This document shows positions 8,001 through 16,817 of a stretch of DNA of 64,000 nt, piece by piece. Under the pieces are notes generated by a model. The model was not told where the DNA came from. It saw only the letters and a program-made list of their open reading frames with translations, and searched no databases. Source of the stretch: Bacteroidales bacterium. Lineage in GTDB: Bacteria; Bacteroidota; Bacteroidia; Bacteroidales; VadinHA17. A program made the position numbers and the translations under genes. The stretch lies in NCBI GenBank assembly GCA_034002785.1, contig JAVEZX010000001.1, forward strand, positions 2,984 through 66,983, in the 5' to 3' direction. The stretch's first letter is position 1. The number at the start of each line of letters is the position of its first letter.

Positions 8001-9719
8001 TTACCATCCGGGATTCTGTTCATAGACGCCGTTGGAAAGGCGGATCTCGGATTCAGGAATCGGAACCAATCCCTTTATTTCGGGGCGGTAGCTGTTCGTG
8101 TATACTGCAGCAACTCCTGAGTTCATTACATTACAGGGAGTTGAGAAGTAGTTTTTGGTAGGATCATCAACATCACCCCATCTTACCAGGTCAAACCACC
8201 TGAGACCCTCGAATGCCAGTTCATAGAGTCTCTCCTTTTTGAGGTTGTCAAGAGAGTAAGTTACCGGATCGAGGCCGACCCTTGCCCTGACCGCATTCAT
8301 TCCTGTTGCAGTTTCGGTAAGTTCGGAGTGCATCAGGAGCACATCGGCATATCTGAGGTAGAAGAAGTCCTGAGCTGTTTCAAGCTGCATGGGGTCACCG
8401 TTGTTCCAGTTGTAGATATAATAGAACATACCTTTCGTACCGTCAGCGCCACCATGCTGCAGGTGTGAGTATTTCTTGTTATACAGGCCGGTTTCATGGT
8501 CACCCTTGTTTGCCTGGTAACCGCCTGTACCCTGTTCTGCCTTGCCCATTTCGAGAACCGATGCAAGTTTCCTGGGATCATCGTTTGACCATGCATTGAA
8601 GAATACCGGGTGAATCGGGCCCCAGCCCCATCCTTCTGCAAAGGGTATCATGGAGTTACCCCTTATGCCGAAGAACAGCGGGATACGGTTGTTGTATTTC
8701 TGACCTTCGCTCCATCCCCAGTTGCCAAATGCATACCTGAGAGCAAACATTACCTCCTTGTTTCCTGTACCTATAGTGGAGTTCGGGCCATCCTGGCCAA
8801 CCCATGCAAGGTTTTCGGTTACTGCCCATGGCAGCACTTCGGTGCCTGCACTTGTGTTTGCATAGGAATAAGGCCACAGGTTGGCGAATTTTGGTGTCAG
8901 TTCATATTTGCTCTTGGTGATCACATCATCAAGGTGTGCAACTACCTGGGCCTTTGTAAGTGATCCGCCTTCAGGAAGAGGAAGTTCTGTGGCTGCCTGG
9001 CCTTCAATGTTTGTCATATAGCCTGTATAGAACAGGAAAGCGCGGGCGATATAAGCTTTCGCAACCCATACGTTGGCGTGTCCGTATTCTGAAAGCGGAG
9101 TCGTAAGGGGGTTGATCTCAGGCATTGTTTCGGCTGCCTTGATGAAGTCAGCTGCTATCTGGCTGAAAGTCTCGGTAAAGGTGGACCGGGGTACGTCGCG
9201 CGGAGAGTCTGTTTTTGGTATGATTGGCATTCCTCCGAAGAACCTTGCGGCCCTGTACATGAAGAAACCTCTCATGAAATAAGCCTCACCCATAGCAGTA
9301 TTGATAAAGTTTGTTGCTTCGGCCTCGGTATTGAAGTAGCTTGAGTAATCAGCGTCCGTGAGAGCTTCGATGATTGCGTTGGTTCTGTAGACACCGTTGT
9401 AGGTCTGTTTCCAGAGGTCACTGTAGGTATCTTCAGTCGGGTCAATGAAGTTATCGCAGTTTTTTGCGGTGATATCATCAGGACCGCCGCCGCCGAGCAT
9501 GTAGTCAGCCATCAGGTTTGCAGAGAGGTGTTCTTCGCTGAACACACCTCCGACATAGAGAGCGTTATAGACACCGCCCATTGCTTCAGTGATATCGGTC
9601 GGCGTTTTATAGAAGTTCGTCAGGTCTTTCTGATACAGGTTGCGTGTATCGAGAAAATCTTCGCAGCCGCTTACCAGCAGGGCCGTCAGGGCAACTATAA
9701 TTAAGGTTATCTTTTTCAT
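8001..9719 (-). CDS. susD: SusD/RagB-family nutrient-binding outer-membrane lipoprotein
   Basis: Lipobox LLVSGCEDFLD, immediately followed by the family-typical DTRNLYQKDL..FY. 572 aa, located 13 bp downstream of susC, with C-terminal RWFDLVRWG and PIPESEI..N motifs typical of SusD-like proteins. Confidence 0.9.
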   Translation of the reverse strand: MKKITLIIVALTALLVSGCEDFLDTRNLYQKDLTNFYKTPTDITEAMGGVYNALYVGGVFSEEHLSANLMADYMLGGGGPDDITAKNCDNFIDPTEDTYSDLWKQTYNGVYRTNAIIEALTDADYSSYFNTEAEATNFINTAMGEAYFMRGFFMYRAARFFGGMPIIPKTDSPRDVPRSTFTETFSQIAADFIKAAETMPEINPLTTPLSEYGHANVWVAKAYIARAFLFYTGYMTNIEGQAATELPLPEGGSLTKAQVVAHLDDVITKSKYELTPKFANLWPYSYANTSAGTEVLPWAVTENLAWVGQDGPNSTIGTGNKEVMFALRYAFGNWGWSEGQKYNNRIPLFFGIRGNSMIPFAEGWGWGPIHPVFFNAWSNDDPRKLASVLEMGKAEQGTGGYQANKGDHETGLYNKKYSHLQHGGADGTKGMFYYIYNWNNGDPMQLETAQDFFYLRYADVLLMHSELTETATGMNAVRARVGLDPVTYSLDNLKKERLYELAFEGLRWFDLVRWGDVDDPTKNYFSTPCNVMNSGVAAVYTNSYRPEIKGLVPIPESEIRLSNGVYEQNPGW

Positions 9720-9732
9720 CGTCGTGCTTTAT

Positions 9733-12700
9733 TTAGAATGTTACACTTGCACCAAACATAACCGTTCTCGGTAACGGATAGAGGCCCAGATCAGCACCTG
9801 TAGCCCAGCTAAAGTCATCCGGAGCATAGCCTACGTCAGGATCCATTCCGTCATACTTTGTGAAAGTAAAGAGGTTATTCACCGATGCATAGACAGATGC
9901 AGTCTTCATCCATTTGACGTTTTTAAGGAGATTGCTGAACCTGTAACCCAGGACCACGTTGCTGACTCTGACAAAATCGGCATCATGCACAAATATATCT
10001 GAGATCAGGTTTGTGTTGCGGGTAGAGGCATAACCGAGTCTCGGTATCCTGTTGGAGGTACCTTCGCCGTGCCAGCGTCCGAAGATCTGGGTGGTATAGT
10101 TCTGGGTGAAGTTATCTGCAAACGATCTGTATGACTGCATCACTTCCATTCCGAACTTACCTACAAGGGTAATATTTGTATAGATTCCCTTGTATTCGGC
10201 ATTCAGCTGGAAGCCCATTTCAAAATCCGGAAGCGGGCTGCCAATCATTACCTTGTCGTCATCGTTAATGAGCCCGTCAAGGTTCTGATCAACGAATTTT
10301 ACATCACCCGGGCGCAGATCCTCGAAATAAGGAAGGCCTTCAGGTGTTACGTATGCATCCACATCATCCTGGTTTTGCAGAAGGCCGTCTGTCTCAAGTC
10401 CGTAGAAGAAGCCGATGGGGAATCCCACTTCAACCCTTGATATGGAGGCAGTTCCCTGTGAAAGCACGTGCCCCGGACCGTTAATAATACCTTCAGCATT
10501 GGCAAGGCGTGTAACCACGTTTTTGTTCTTGGTACCGGTCAGTGTTGCGCCATAGATGAAGTCTGAGACTTCGCCTTTCCAGTTAAGAGTGAATTCAATA
10601 CCGGTGTTTTTTATGTCACCGCCGTTGATAAAGGGAGCGTTTGCACCGGAAGTGCCAAGGATGGGAGCTACAACGAGCCAGTCCCTGGTCATCTTGTTAT
10701 ACCAGTCGATTGACACACCAAGTGCTGAGTTGAATAAGCGGGCGTCAATACCGATATTAAGCTGTTCCGATGTCTCCCATGTCACATCCGGATTTGGTAC
10801 GTTGGCCGGAATAGCTGTAGGTGATGTTACAAGCTTGTCAGGGCCGAAATAGTATCCCTGGTCGAGATAGTCAATATTGGAACTGTAAATGAAGTTATCA
10901 ATACTCTCGTTTCCGTTCTGGCCCCAGCTGGCACGCAGCTTACCGAAGCTGATCCATGGATTGTTCTTCATGAAGTCTTCCTCGGTGAAGATCCATCCGA
11001 GAGATGCTGACGGGAAGTAACCCCAGCGGTTGCCTTTTGAAAAGTTCGAGGAACCGTCAGCACGGAAGGTGGCATCGAAAATGTATTTCTCCTTGAAGTT
11101 GTAGGATACACGTCCGTAGTATGACAACAGTCCGCCGCCCTGGGCAGCCCAGTCAGCTCCCCATGTGTTTATATCACTTATCTGGCCCGCAACCACGTTG
11201 TCAAGGTATGCATAGTCGGGGTTGCCGAAGATCGAATTTGCCTTCCATCCGCCGACGTTGGAATTCAGGATTCTGTCAAGTATTTCATTTCCTGCCAGAA
11301 GGCTGATCTTATGGTCTGCCGCCGTAAATTCATAGGAAACAGTGTTTGTAAGGGTATAGTCTATACCCTGGTACATTGACTGATTCACAGCATCGTTGGC
11401 GTTATTAAACTGAGTGGCAAGCTTGTAGGTAGGAGACCATGATCTGGAATTGCCAAACCATGAGTTTATCCCGAATGATGATCTGATTTTCAGATTCTTG
11501 ATCGGCTCAATGTTGATGTATGCATTACCGGTGACAGTATTGTTCTTTGACCACTGGTAGTTGGAGCGGTTATAAAAGAGAATTGCCAGTGGGTTATGCT
11601 GACCGAGTGAAATTCCCTCTAGCGTGGGGGTAAAGCCGTTCGGGTCCGGAGACTTGTCCCAGTATGCAGGAAGAAGCGGGTTGGTCACCAGGGCATTGTG
11701 GAGATCATTCCAGTATATATTACCTGTTCCCACACCCTTGTTCTGGGAGTTTGTAAATGTGAAGTTCTCCCCGATTGTGATGATGTCACGTGTGGTTCCC
11801 TTAACGAGGACCATCTCGCTGTTCAGACGGGCAGTAAGCCTTTTGTAACCGGCGTTGATGAGGTCACCGCCAAGAATACCGGCCTGGTCAAAGTAGGAAA
11901 CCCCCATTGCGTAGGTCACATCCTTTGATGAACCGGTAATATTAAGGGAGTGATTCTGAACCGGTGCGTTCTTCATTGACATCTCATCAACCCAGTCAGT
12001 ACCTTCCCAGCCATTCTGAAGGCGGGTCCAGATCTCTTCGCCGAGTTGGGTTCCAAGGTTTCCGGGGAAGTTGACCGGGTTATTCAGATAAGAATTGTTT
12101 TTAAGAATTTCTTCCCAGTTGTTTGGCGCGAGCTGGTCATTAGCACGCCCCTCATCCATAATAAACATATACTCCTGTGCGTTGAGTGCGGGAAGCTTTT
12201 TGTAGATGTTCTGCACACCGTAGTAGAAATCATAGGAAATGACAGGGGCAGCGCCCCTTGTTCCTTTCTTGGTTGTAACAAGAATAACCCCGTTGGCAGC
12301 TCTTGATCCGTAAATTGCGGAGGAGGCTGCATCCTTCAGTACATCAATTGACTCGATGTCTGAAGAGTTCAGGTAGTCAATGTTTCCGACGGATACACCG
12401 TCAACAATGTAGAGTGGAGCCGAGTTACCGATTGTGCCAAGGCCCCTGATGGATGCTTTGGTTCCGGCACCCGGTGCACCGCTGTTCCTGGTAACGCTGA
12501 TACCGGTTGCGATACCCTGAAGGGCTTCCATCGCTGTTGAGGTATTCAGCTCGGCGATCTGCTCACCTTTTACGTTCAGGTTGGCACCTGTCACAAGGGC
12601 TTTTTTCTGAACACCGTAACCGATGACAACAACCTCGTCGAGGTCTGTCGGCTCATCAGCCATTGTAACGTTGACTGTTGAGGATGTTACTGTCACCTCA

Positions 12701-12921
12701 ACCGGGGTCATCCCTATAAAGGAGAACCTCAGTGTTGACCCCATTCTTGCAGGAATGGAGAAGGTGCCGTCAACACCGGAGAGAACCCCGGTATTTGTTC
12801 CGACTACCATAATGGTCACCCCGGGGAGAGGACTCCCGTCGGCCTGGTAGGTCACGCGTCCCTGTACCGTAACCTCTTGTGCAACCAGGACCTGGGCAAG
12901 CAATGCAAGGACAAATAGCAT
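9733..12921 (-). CDS. susC: SusC/RagA-family TonB-dependent outer-membrane transporter, separated from its native start codon and promoter by the IS insertion (ORF now begins at native Met6)
   Basis: Carboxypeptidase-regulatory-like domain (VTVQGRVTYQADGSPLPGVTIMV), plug (VVVIGYGVQKKALVTGA, IESIDVLKDAASSAIYGSRAANGVILVTTKKG), a long barrel and a terminal ...FGASVTF. In frame upstream of 12921 the sequence reads ...TGA GGC CGA AAA ACC GCA CAA AAC AGG AAA AAA GCT GTA ATG, so the native ATG is replaced by AGG with a stop 12 codons upstream of that AGG. Confidence 0.85.
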   Translation of the reverse strand: MLFVLALLAQVLVAQEVTVQGRVTYQADGSPLPGVTIMVVGTNTGVLSGVDGTFSIPARMGSTLRFSFIGMTPVEVTVTSSTVNVTMADEPTDLDEVVVIGYGVQKKALVTGANLNVKGEQIAELNTSTAMEALQGIATGISVTRNSGAPGAGTKASIRGLGTIGNSAPLYIVDGVSVGNIDYLNSSDIESIDVLKDAASSAIYGSRAANGVILVTTKKGTRGAAPVISYDFYYGVQNIYKKLPALNAQEYMFIMDEGRANDQLAPNNWEEILKNNSYLNNPVNFPGNLGTQLGEEIWTRLQNGWEGTDWVDEMSMKNAPVQNHSLNITGSSKDVTYAMGVSYFDQAGILGGDLINAGYKRLTARLNSEMVLVKGTTRDIITIGENFTFTNSQNKGVGTGNIYWNDLHNALVTNPLLPAYWDKSPDPNGFTPTLEGISLGQHNPLAILFYNRSNYQWSKNNTVTGNAYINIEPIKNLKIRSSFGINSWFGNSRSWSPTYKLATQFNNANDAVNQSMYQGIDYTLTNTVSYEFTAADHKISLLAGNEILDRILNSNVGGWKANSIFGNPDYAYLDNVVAGQISDINTWGADWAAQGGGLLSYYGRVSYNFKEKYIFDATFRADGSSNFSKGNRWGYFPSASLGWIFTEEDFMKNNPWISFGKLRASWGQNGNESIDNFIYSSNIDYLDQGYYFGPDKLVTSPTAIPANVPNPDVTWETSEQLNIGIDARLFNSALGVSIDWYNKMTRDWLVVAPILGTSGANAPFINGGDIKNTGIEFTLNWKGEVSDFIYGATLTGTKNKNVVTRLANAEGIINGPGHVLSQGTASISRVEVGFPIGFFYGLETDGLLQNQDDVDAYVTPEGLPYFEDLRPGDVKFVDQNLDGLINDDDKVMIGSPLPDFEMGFQLNAEYKGIYTNITLVGKFGMEVMQSYRSFADNFTQNYTTQIFGRWHGEGTSNRIPRLGYASTRNTNLISDIFVHDADFVRVSNVVLGYRFSNLLKNVKWMKTASVYASVNNLFTFTKYDGMDPDVGYAPDDFSWATGADLGLYPLPRTVMFGASVTF

Positions 12922-12934
12922 TACAGCTTTTTTC
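12680..12934. repeat. Left copy of the 255-bp direct repeat (target-site duplication) flanking the IS
   Basis: Base-by-base comparison shows 12680..12934 is identical to 14569..14823 (255/255). Each boundary is ambiguous by 1 nt. Confidence 0.95.
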
Positions 12935-14568
12935 CTGTTTTGTGCGGTTTTTCGGCCTCAAAAAAGTCAACTATTTGATTAATAGCGAATAGAGAGAATT
13001 TTGATTGTAAATGTGGGTGTCTCAGCCTATATTTACTGAATGTTTGTGCGGCAGAAAATAAATAGAAGTGGCAGTGTAAGTGTTCAGATTGTCCAGAAGA
13101 TAGGCCGTATAAACAGAGTTGTGAGGACTATTGGCTGTTCCACTGACCCGGTTGAGTTGGAAGAGCTTCAGAGACTAGCTGAATACGAGAAGGACAGGAT
13201 TTATGGTCCCACTTTATTTGATCCCCGGCCAGTAGAAGATCTTAAGAATGTCACTAATGACTGTATCAGGGTAATCGGGCCTGACCTTGTCTTTAGTGAA
13301 TTGTATGCCCGTATAGGCTTTGATGTTATCGGAGAGCCACTTCTTAAGGCGCTTGCGATATCCCGGCTGACCCATCCCGGGAGCAAGCTTAAATTGAGTG
13401 AATATCTTAGTGTTACTGGGCGTGATAGTATATCGGTGTACTCCATATACCGATTTTTGGACAAGATCAGTGGCAGATATAAATCCCAGATTGAACATCT
13501 TTCGTTTGCCTATACAAAGCGGGTGCTTAACGGAGAGATCGGCATCGTATTCTATGATATGACTACAATCTACTTTGAGAGCAGCCAGCCTGATGATCTC
13601 AGGATCCCGGGGTTCTCCAAAGAAGGCAAACATCATCTTCCTCAGATCTTCTTGGGTTTATTGGTTGGCTGTAATGGATATCCAATTGGATATGACATTT
13701 TTGAGGGCAATATTTTTGAAGGCCACACACTGATCCCGATCCTGGAGAGGTTCGAAAAGCAGTTTTCCATAGGTCATCCAATTGTAGTTGCAGATGCTGG
13801 ATTGCTAAGCAAGTCAAATATCGAAGAGCTGACAAAGCGCAGATACAAATTTATCCTTGGGGCGCGGGTAAAGAATGAAGGAGCCAAAGTGGTCAAGGTT
13901 GTCCAGGGGCGTGAATGGGCAAATGGGGATATGGTTGAATATCTAAAACCTGATGGCAGTCGCCTGATTATCGAGTATACCGAGAGTCGGGCTAAGAAGG
14001 ATGAATTTAACCGCACAAGAGGAATCAGGAAGCTGGAAAAACAGATAAACGCTGGTAAACTGACAAAAAGTAATCTCAACAACAGAGGCTACAACAAGTA
14101 TCTCAAGTTAGAAGGCGATATATCTATCAGCATTGATTATCAGAAGTATGATAATGACAGGAAATGGGATGGTATCAAAGGATACGTTACAAATACTAAT
14201 CTCTCCAGAGAGTTGGTTGTGACCAGATACAGGGATCTGTGGCAAATTGAAAAGGCGTTCCGGATATCAAAGACCGACCTGCAAATAAGGCCAGTATATC
14301 ATCGTCGCAGAGACAGGATTGAATCTCATATATGCATCTCGTTCATGGCTTATCTAATGTACAAGGAGTTAGAGAGGTTGCTATATGCTAATAACCTGAA
14401 AACATCCGTCGAGAAGGCCATTGAGCAGATAAACAAGATATATGAGATTATAATCCCTGGTGATGATGGTAGTCAGTCATCATTTAGGCCACATAACAAT
14501 CCCCTTCAACAAAGAATTATTGAATTAATAAGCTCATCCTAATTTTGGGTGTCTTTCGCACAAAACAG
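12935..14568 (+). mobile_element. IS element, IS1634 family (IS4-related), ~1634 bp, single transposase gene
   Basis: Perfect 13-bp terminal inverted repeats: CCTGTTTTGTGCG (from 12934/12935) and CGCACAAAACAGG (ending 14568/14569). It carries a single 500-aa ORF, is flanked by a long direct repeat, and by eye is more AT-rich than its flanks. Confidence 0.9.
13040..14542 (+). CDS. IS1634-family DDE transposase
   Basis: The N-terminus MFVRQKINRSGSVSVQIVQKIGRINRVVRTIGCS is the pattern I associate with IS1634-group transposases. IVFYDMTTIYFES and VVADAGLLS are DDE-like segments. YRDLWQIEKAFRISK resembles the IS4-superfamily YREK region. Confidence 0.85.
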   Translation: MFVRQKINRSGSVSVQIVQKIGRINRVVRTIGCSTDPVELEELQRLAEYEKDRIYGPTLFDPRPVEDLKNVTNDCIRVIGPDLVFSELYARIGFDVIGEPLLKALAISRLTHPGSKLKLSEYLSVTGRDSISVYSIYRFLDKISGRYKSQIEHLSFAYTKRVLNGEIGIVFYDMTTIYFESSQPDDLRIPGFSKEGKHHLPQIFLGLLVGCNGYPIGYDIFEGNIFEGHTLIPILERFEKQFSIGHPIVVADAGLLSKSNIEELTKRRYKFILGARVKNEGAKVVKVVQGREWANGDMVEYLKPDGSRLIIEYTESRAKKDEFNRTRGIRKLEKQINAGKLTKSNLNNRGYNKYLKLEGDISISIDYQKYDNDRKWDGIKGYVTNTNLSRELVVTRYRDLWQIEKAFRISKTDLQIRPVYHRRRDRIESHICISFMAYLMYKELERLLYANNLKTSVEKAIEQINKIYEIIIPGDDGSQSSFRPHNNPLQQRIIELISSS

Positions 14569-14825
14569 GAGGATGTTACTGTCACCTCAACCGGGGTCAT
14601 CCCTATAAAGGAGAACCTCAGTGTTGACCCCATTCTTGCAGGAATGGAGAAGGTGCCGTCAACACCGGAGAGAACCCCGGTATTTGTTCCGACTACCATA
14701 ATGGTCACCCCGGGGAGAGGACTCCCGTCGGCCTGGTAGGTCACGCGTCCCTGTACCGTAACCTCTTGTGCAACCAGGACCTGGGCAAGCAATGCAAGGA
14801 CAAATAGCATTACAGCTTTTTTCAT
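14517..14825 (-). pseudogene. Orphan 5' fragment of susC (native ATG plus ~85 codons) reading into the IS right end
   Basis: MKKAVMLFVLALLAQVLVAQEVTVQGRV...VTVTSS, then IS-derived CFVRKTPKIRMSLLIQ*. From the third base of the native start codon, positions 14823..14569 are identical to 12934..12680. Confidence 0.9.
14569..14823. repeat. Right copy of the 255-bp direct repeat (target-site duplication)
   Basis: Identical to 12680..12934. Confidence 0.95.
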
Positions 14826-14863
14826 AGAATCAGGTTTTTAGGTTTGAAGAGCACTAATATAAT

Positions 14864-14891
14864 AAAAAGGAGAATCCTGCAAGGGATTTCC
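14864..14891 (-). terminator. Possible terminator of the lipid-type operon, upstream of the susC promoter region
   Basis: The minus strand reads GGAAATCC-CTTGCA-GGATT(C)TCC followed by TTTTTATTAT. This is an 8-bp stem with a one-base bulge. Confidence 0.35.
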
Positions 14892-14928
14892 TAATAAAGT
14901 GCATAAGAAATATTCTTAAAAAAAAGGA

Positions 14929-16050
14929 TTATAGTTCTTTCTGATAAATCCTGAACTTCTTGACAACCTTGCAGCCAATCCTCTCATATTCGCCCCTCAT
15001 CTTAAGGTTGTCTTCCAGAACAAGGTGACTGTCAATGGTTTCCATCCTGCTGTTTATGGCGTCCTGCAGGATTTTCACACCCATAAGCACATCGATTCCC
15101 TTCCCCCGGAAATCCTTACGTACTCCGCCGAGCATCATGATTAGCTTGCGTGAGCGCCTGGATTCTCTCAGCACTTTTAGAAACCCAAACGGCAGCAGTC
15201 TTCCACGGCATGCCCTGATACCGGCGCTTAGATCAGGCATTCCAATTGCAAAGCCTATCAGCCGGCCATCCTTCTCCACAGCCTTGATGAATTTAGGATC
15301 AAGTATGGGCAGATATCGCGCTGCAAAATCTGATTTTTCCTTGTCGGTGAGGGGAACAAAGCCGTAAATCTCAGCGAAAGTTTCGTTCATCAGTTCCAGG
15401 ATGGGAATGATGTATGGCTTCATCTTGCTTTTGCTCCTGAACTCAATGATGTCAAACTCCCTGTTGCGGTCAATTCTCTCAAGCACCCTCTCGTACACAG
15501 TCGGGAACTCTTTCGGGATGTCACCCAAATAGTTGACGAGGTCAATCTTTTTTGTATAACCCTCGTTTTCTATCAGAGAAACCATATAGGGAGAGTTATT
15601 GGCGCTCGTGATGAACTGCGGATATTCAAATCCCTCTGTCTGAAATCCCTGCGGATCCTTGTCGGAGAAGCCCAGCGGCCCAACCAGTCTTGTCATTCCG
15701 TTTTCCCTGACCCATTCCTCAATCCTGCTGATAAGTGAATGAAAAACTTCCTGGTCATTGTAGCACTCCATAAAGCAGAACCTGCCGTGGTTTTCATGGT
15801 TGATCTCATTGTATCTCCTGTTTATGAGACCCATAATCCTGCCGACAGGCTTGTTGTCCCTGTAAGCCAGAAGAAGCAGGCCGTCAGCATATCCGAACGA
15901 TTTGTTTTTCTTTTTGTCGTAAAGTTCCCACTCATCCATATAGAGCGGAGGGAGCCAGTCAGGTTCATTGTTATGTACCTTTTCAGGCAGATAGATAAAT
16001 TCACGGAGGTCCCTGCGGGTTGTCACCTCCTTAACGATAATTTCTCCCAT
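14929..16050 (-). CDS. GNAT-fold acyl/acetyl-transferase, 373 aa, uncharacterised subfamily
   Basis: C-terminal acyl-CoA binding signature LGGVRKDFRGKGIDVLM (R-x-x-G-x-G) followed by a beta-bulge region, plus a long N-terminal domain of unknown role. It is the last gene of a three-gene string. Confidence 0.65.
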   Translation of the reverse strand: MGEIIVKEVTTRRDLREFIYLPEKVHNNEPDWLPPLYMDEWELYDKKKNKSFGYADGLLLLAYRDNKPVGRIMGLINRRYNEINHENHGRFCFMECYNDQEVFHSLISRIEEWVRENGMTRLVGPLGFSDKDPQGFQTEGFEYPQFITSANNSPYMVSLIENEGYTKKIDLVNYLGDIPKEFPTVYERVLERIDRNREFDIIEFRSKSKMKPYIIPILELMNETFAEIYGFVPLTDKEKSDFAARYLPILDPKFIKAVEKDGRLIGFAIGMPDLSAGIRACRGRLLPFGFLKVLRESRRSRKLIMMLGGVRKDFRGKGIDVLMGVKILQDAINSRMETIDSHLVLEDNLKMRGEYERIGCKVVKKFRIYQKEL

Positions 16051-16080
16051 TTCAGTCAGGTTGAGTGGTTTTAAAGATAA

Positions 16081-16797
16081 TCAAGTTTTCTCTTGTCTTT
16101 CATGTTTGTCAATTTCATCAGCCACCCGCAGCAGCCGTTTGGTGTCGATGACATTGACAAAAAAGAGTACAACAACCACAAAACATGCTGAATAGTTTAG
16201 AGATCCGGGCAGCAGCACCTCAGCGATCATGATCAGGCCGACAACGATTCTGACCTCCGTTGGCCCCAGTTTTCCCGAATCGATTGAGTATTTGCCTGTG
16301 ATTTTATAGCGGATAAGGGCTATTATCATCTCCCAGCCGTAAAGTACAACGAAGCCATAACCCAGCAGTATCCAAGCGCCCTGAGCATAGAACATATAGC
16401 CGAAACCGATCAGGATGATGCTCATCCAGTCAATTGTGATGTCAAGGGTGAATCCGTAATTCTTCCTGGGTTTGTTTCTGAAGTATGCAAGCCTGCCGTC
16501 AAGTGAGTCTCCGAACCAGCTGATACAGAATCCGACCAGGCCCAGGAGCAGAAAAAGCCTGCTGAAGTATGACGCCATGATGAAACTTCCTGCAACTATA
16601 ATGTTCCCGAAGAACCCTATGCCAGTGAGCATATTCGATGTAATGAAGGGAGGGATCCTCTTTACCAGCCATGAGATGGCCATCTGTTCCTGTTTCTTCA
16701 GGAGGTTGGTTCTGGCCCTGTCAGCGAAGACATTCTTAAGAACCTCACCGTTGAACAGAGATTTCAGGTTATTTCCGTGTCTCTTCCTTTCAGGCAT
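16081..16797 (-). CDS. CDP-alcohol phosphatidyltransferase family protein
   Basis: The family signature D-x2-D-G-x2-A-x8-G-x3-D-x3-D is present as GDSLDGRLAYFRNKPRKNYGFTLDITID, in a protein with 5-6 TM helices. Confidence 0.8.
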   Translation of the reverse strand: MPERKRHGNNLKSLFNGEVLKNVFADRARTNLLKKQEQMAISWLVKRIPPFITSNMLTGIGFFGNIIVAGSFIMASYFSRLFLLLGLVGFCISWFGDSLDGRLAYFRNKPRKNYGFTLDITIDWMSIILIGFGYMFYAQGAWILLGYGFVVLYGWEMIIALIRYKITGKYSIDSGKLGPTEVRIVVGLIMIAEVLLPGSLNYSACFVVVVLFFVNVIDTKRLLRVADEIDKHERQEKT

Positions 16798-16817
16798 ATG
16801 GGGAATTTGGAACTAAG

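Noticed and set aside
12680-14823. An alternative reading of the 255-bp repeat as a paralogous susC 5' duplication or an assembly artefact.
   Set aside because: The repeats are 100% identical, lie in direct orientation, and abut the IS inverted repeats exactly. This is the geometry of a target-site duplication. An artefact cannot be fully excluded without reads.
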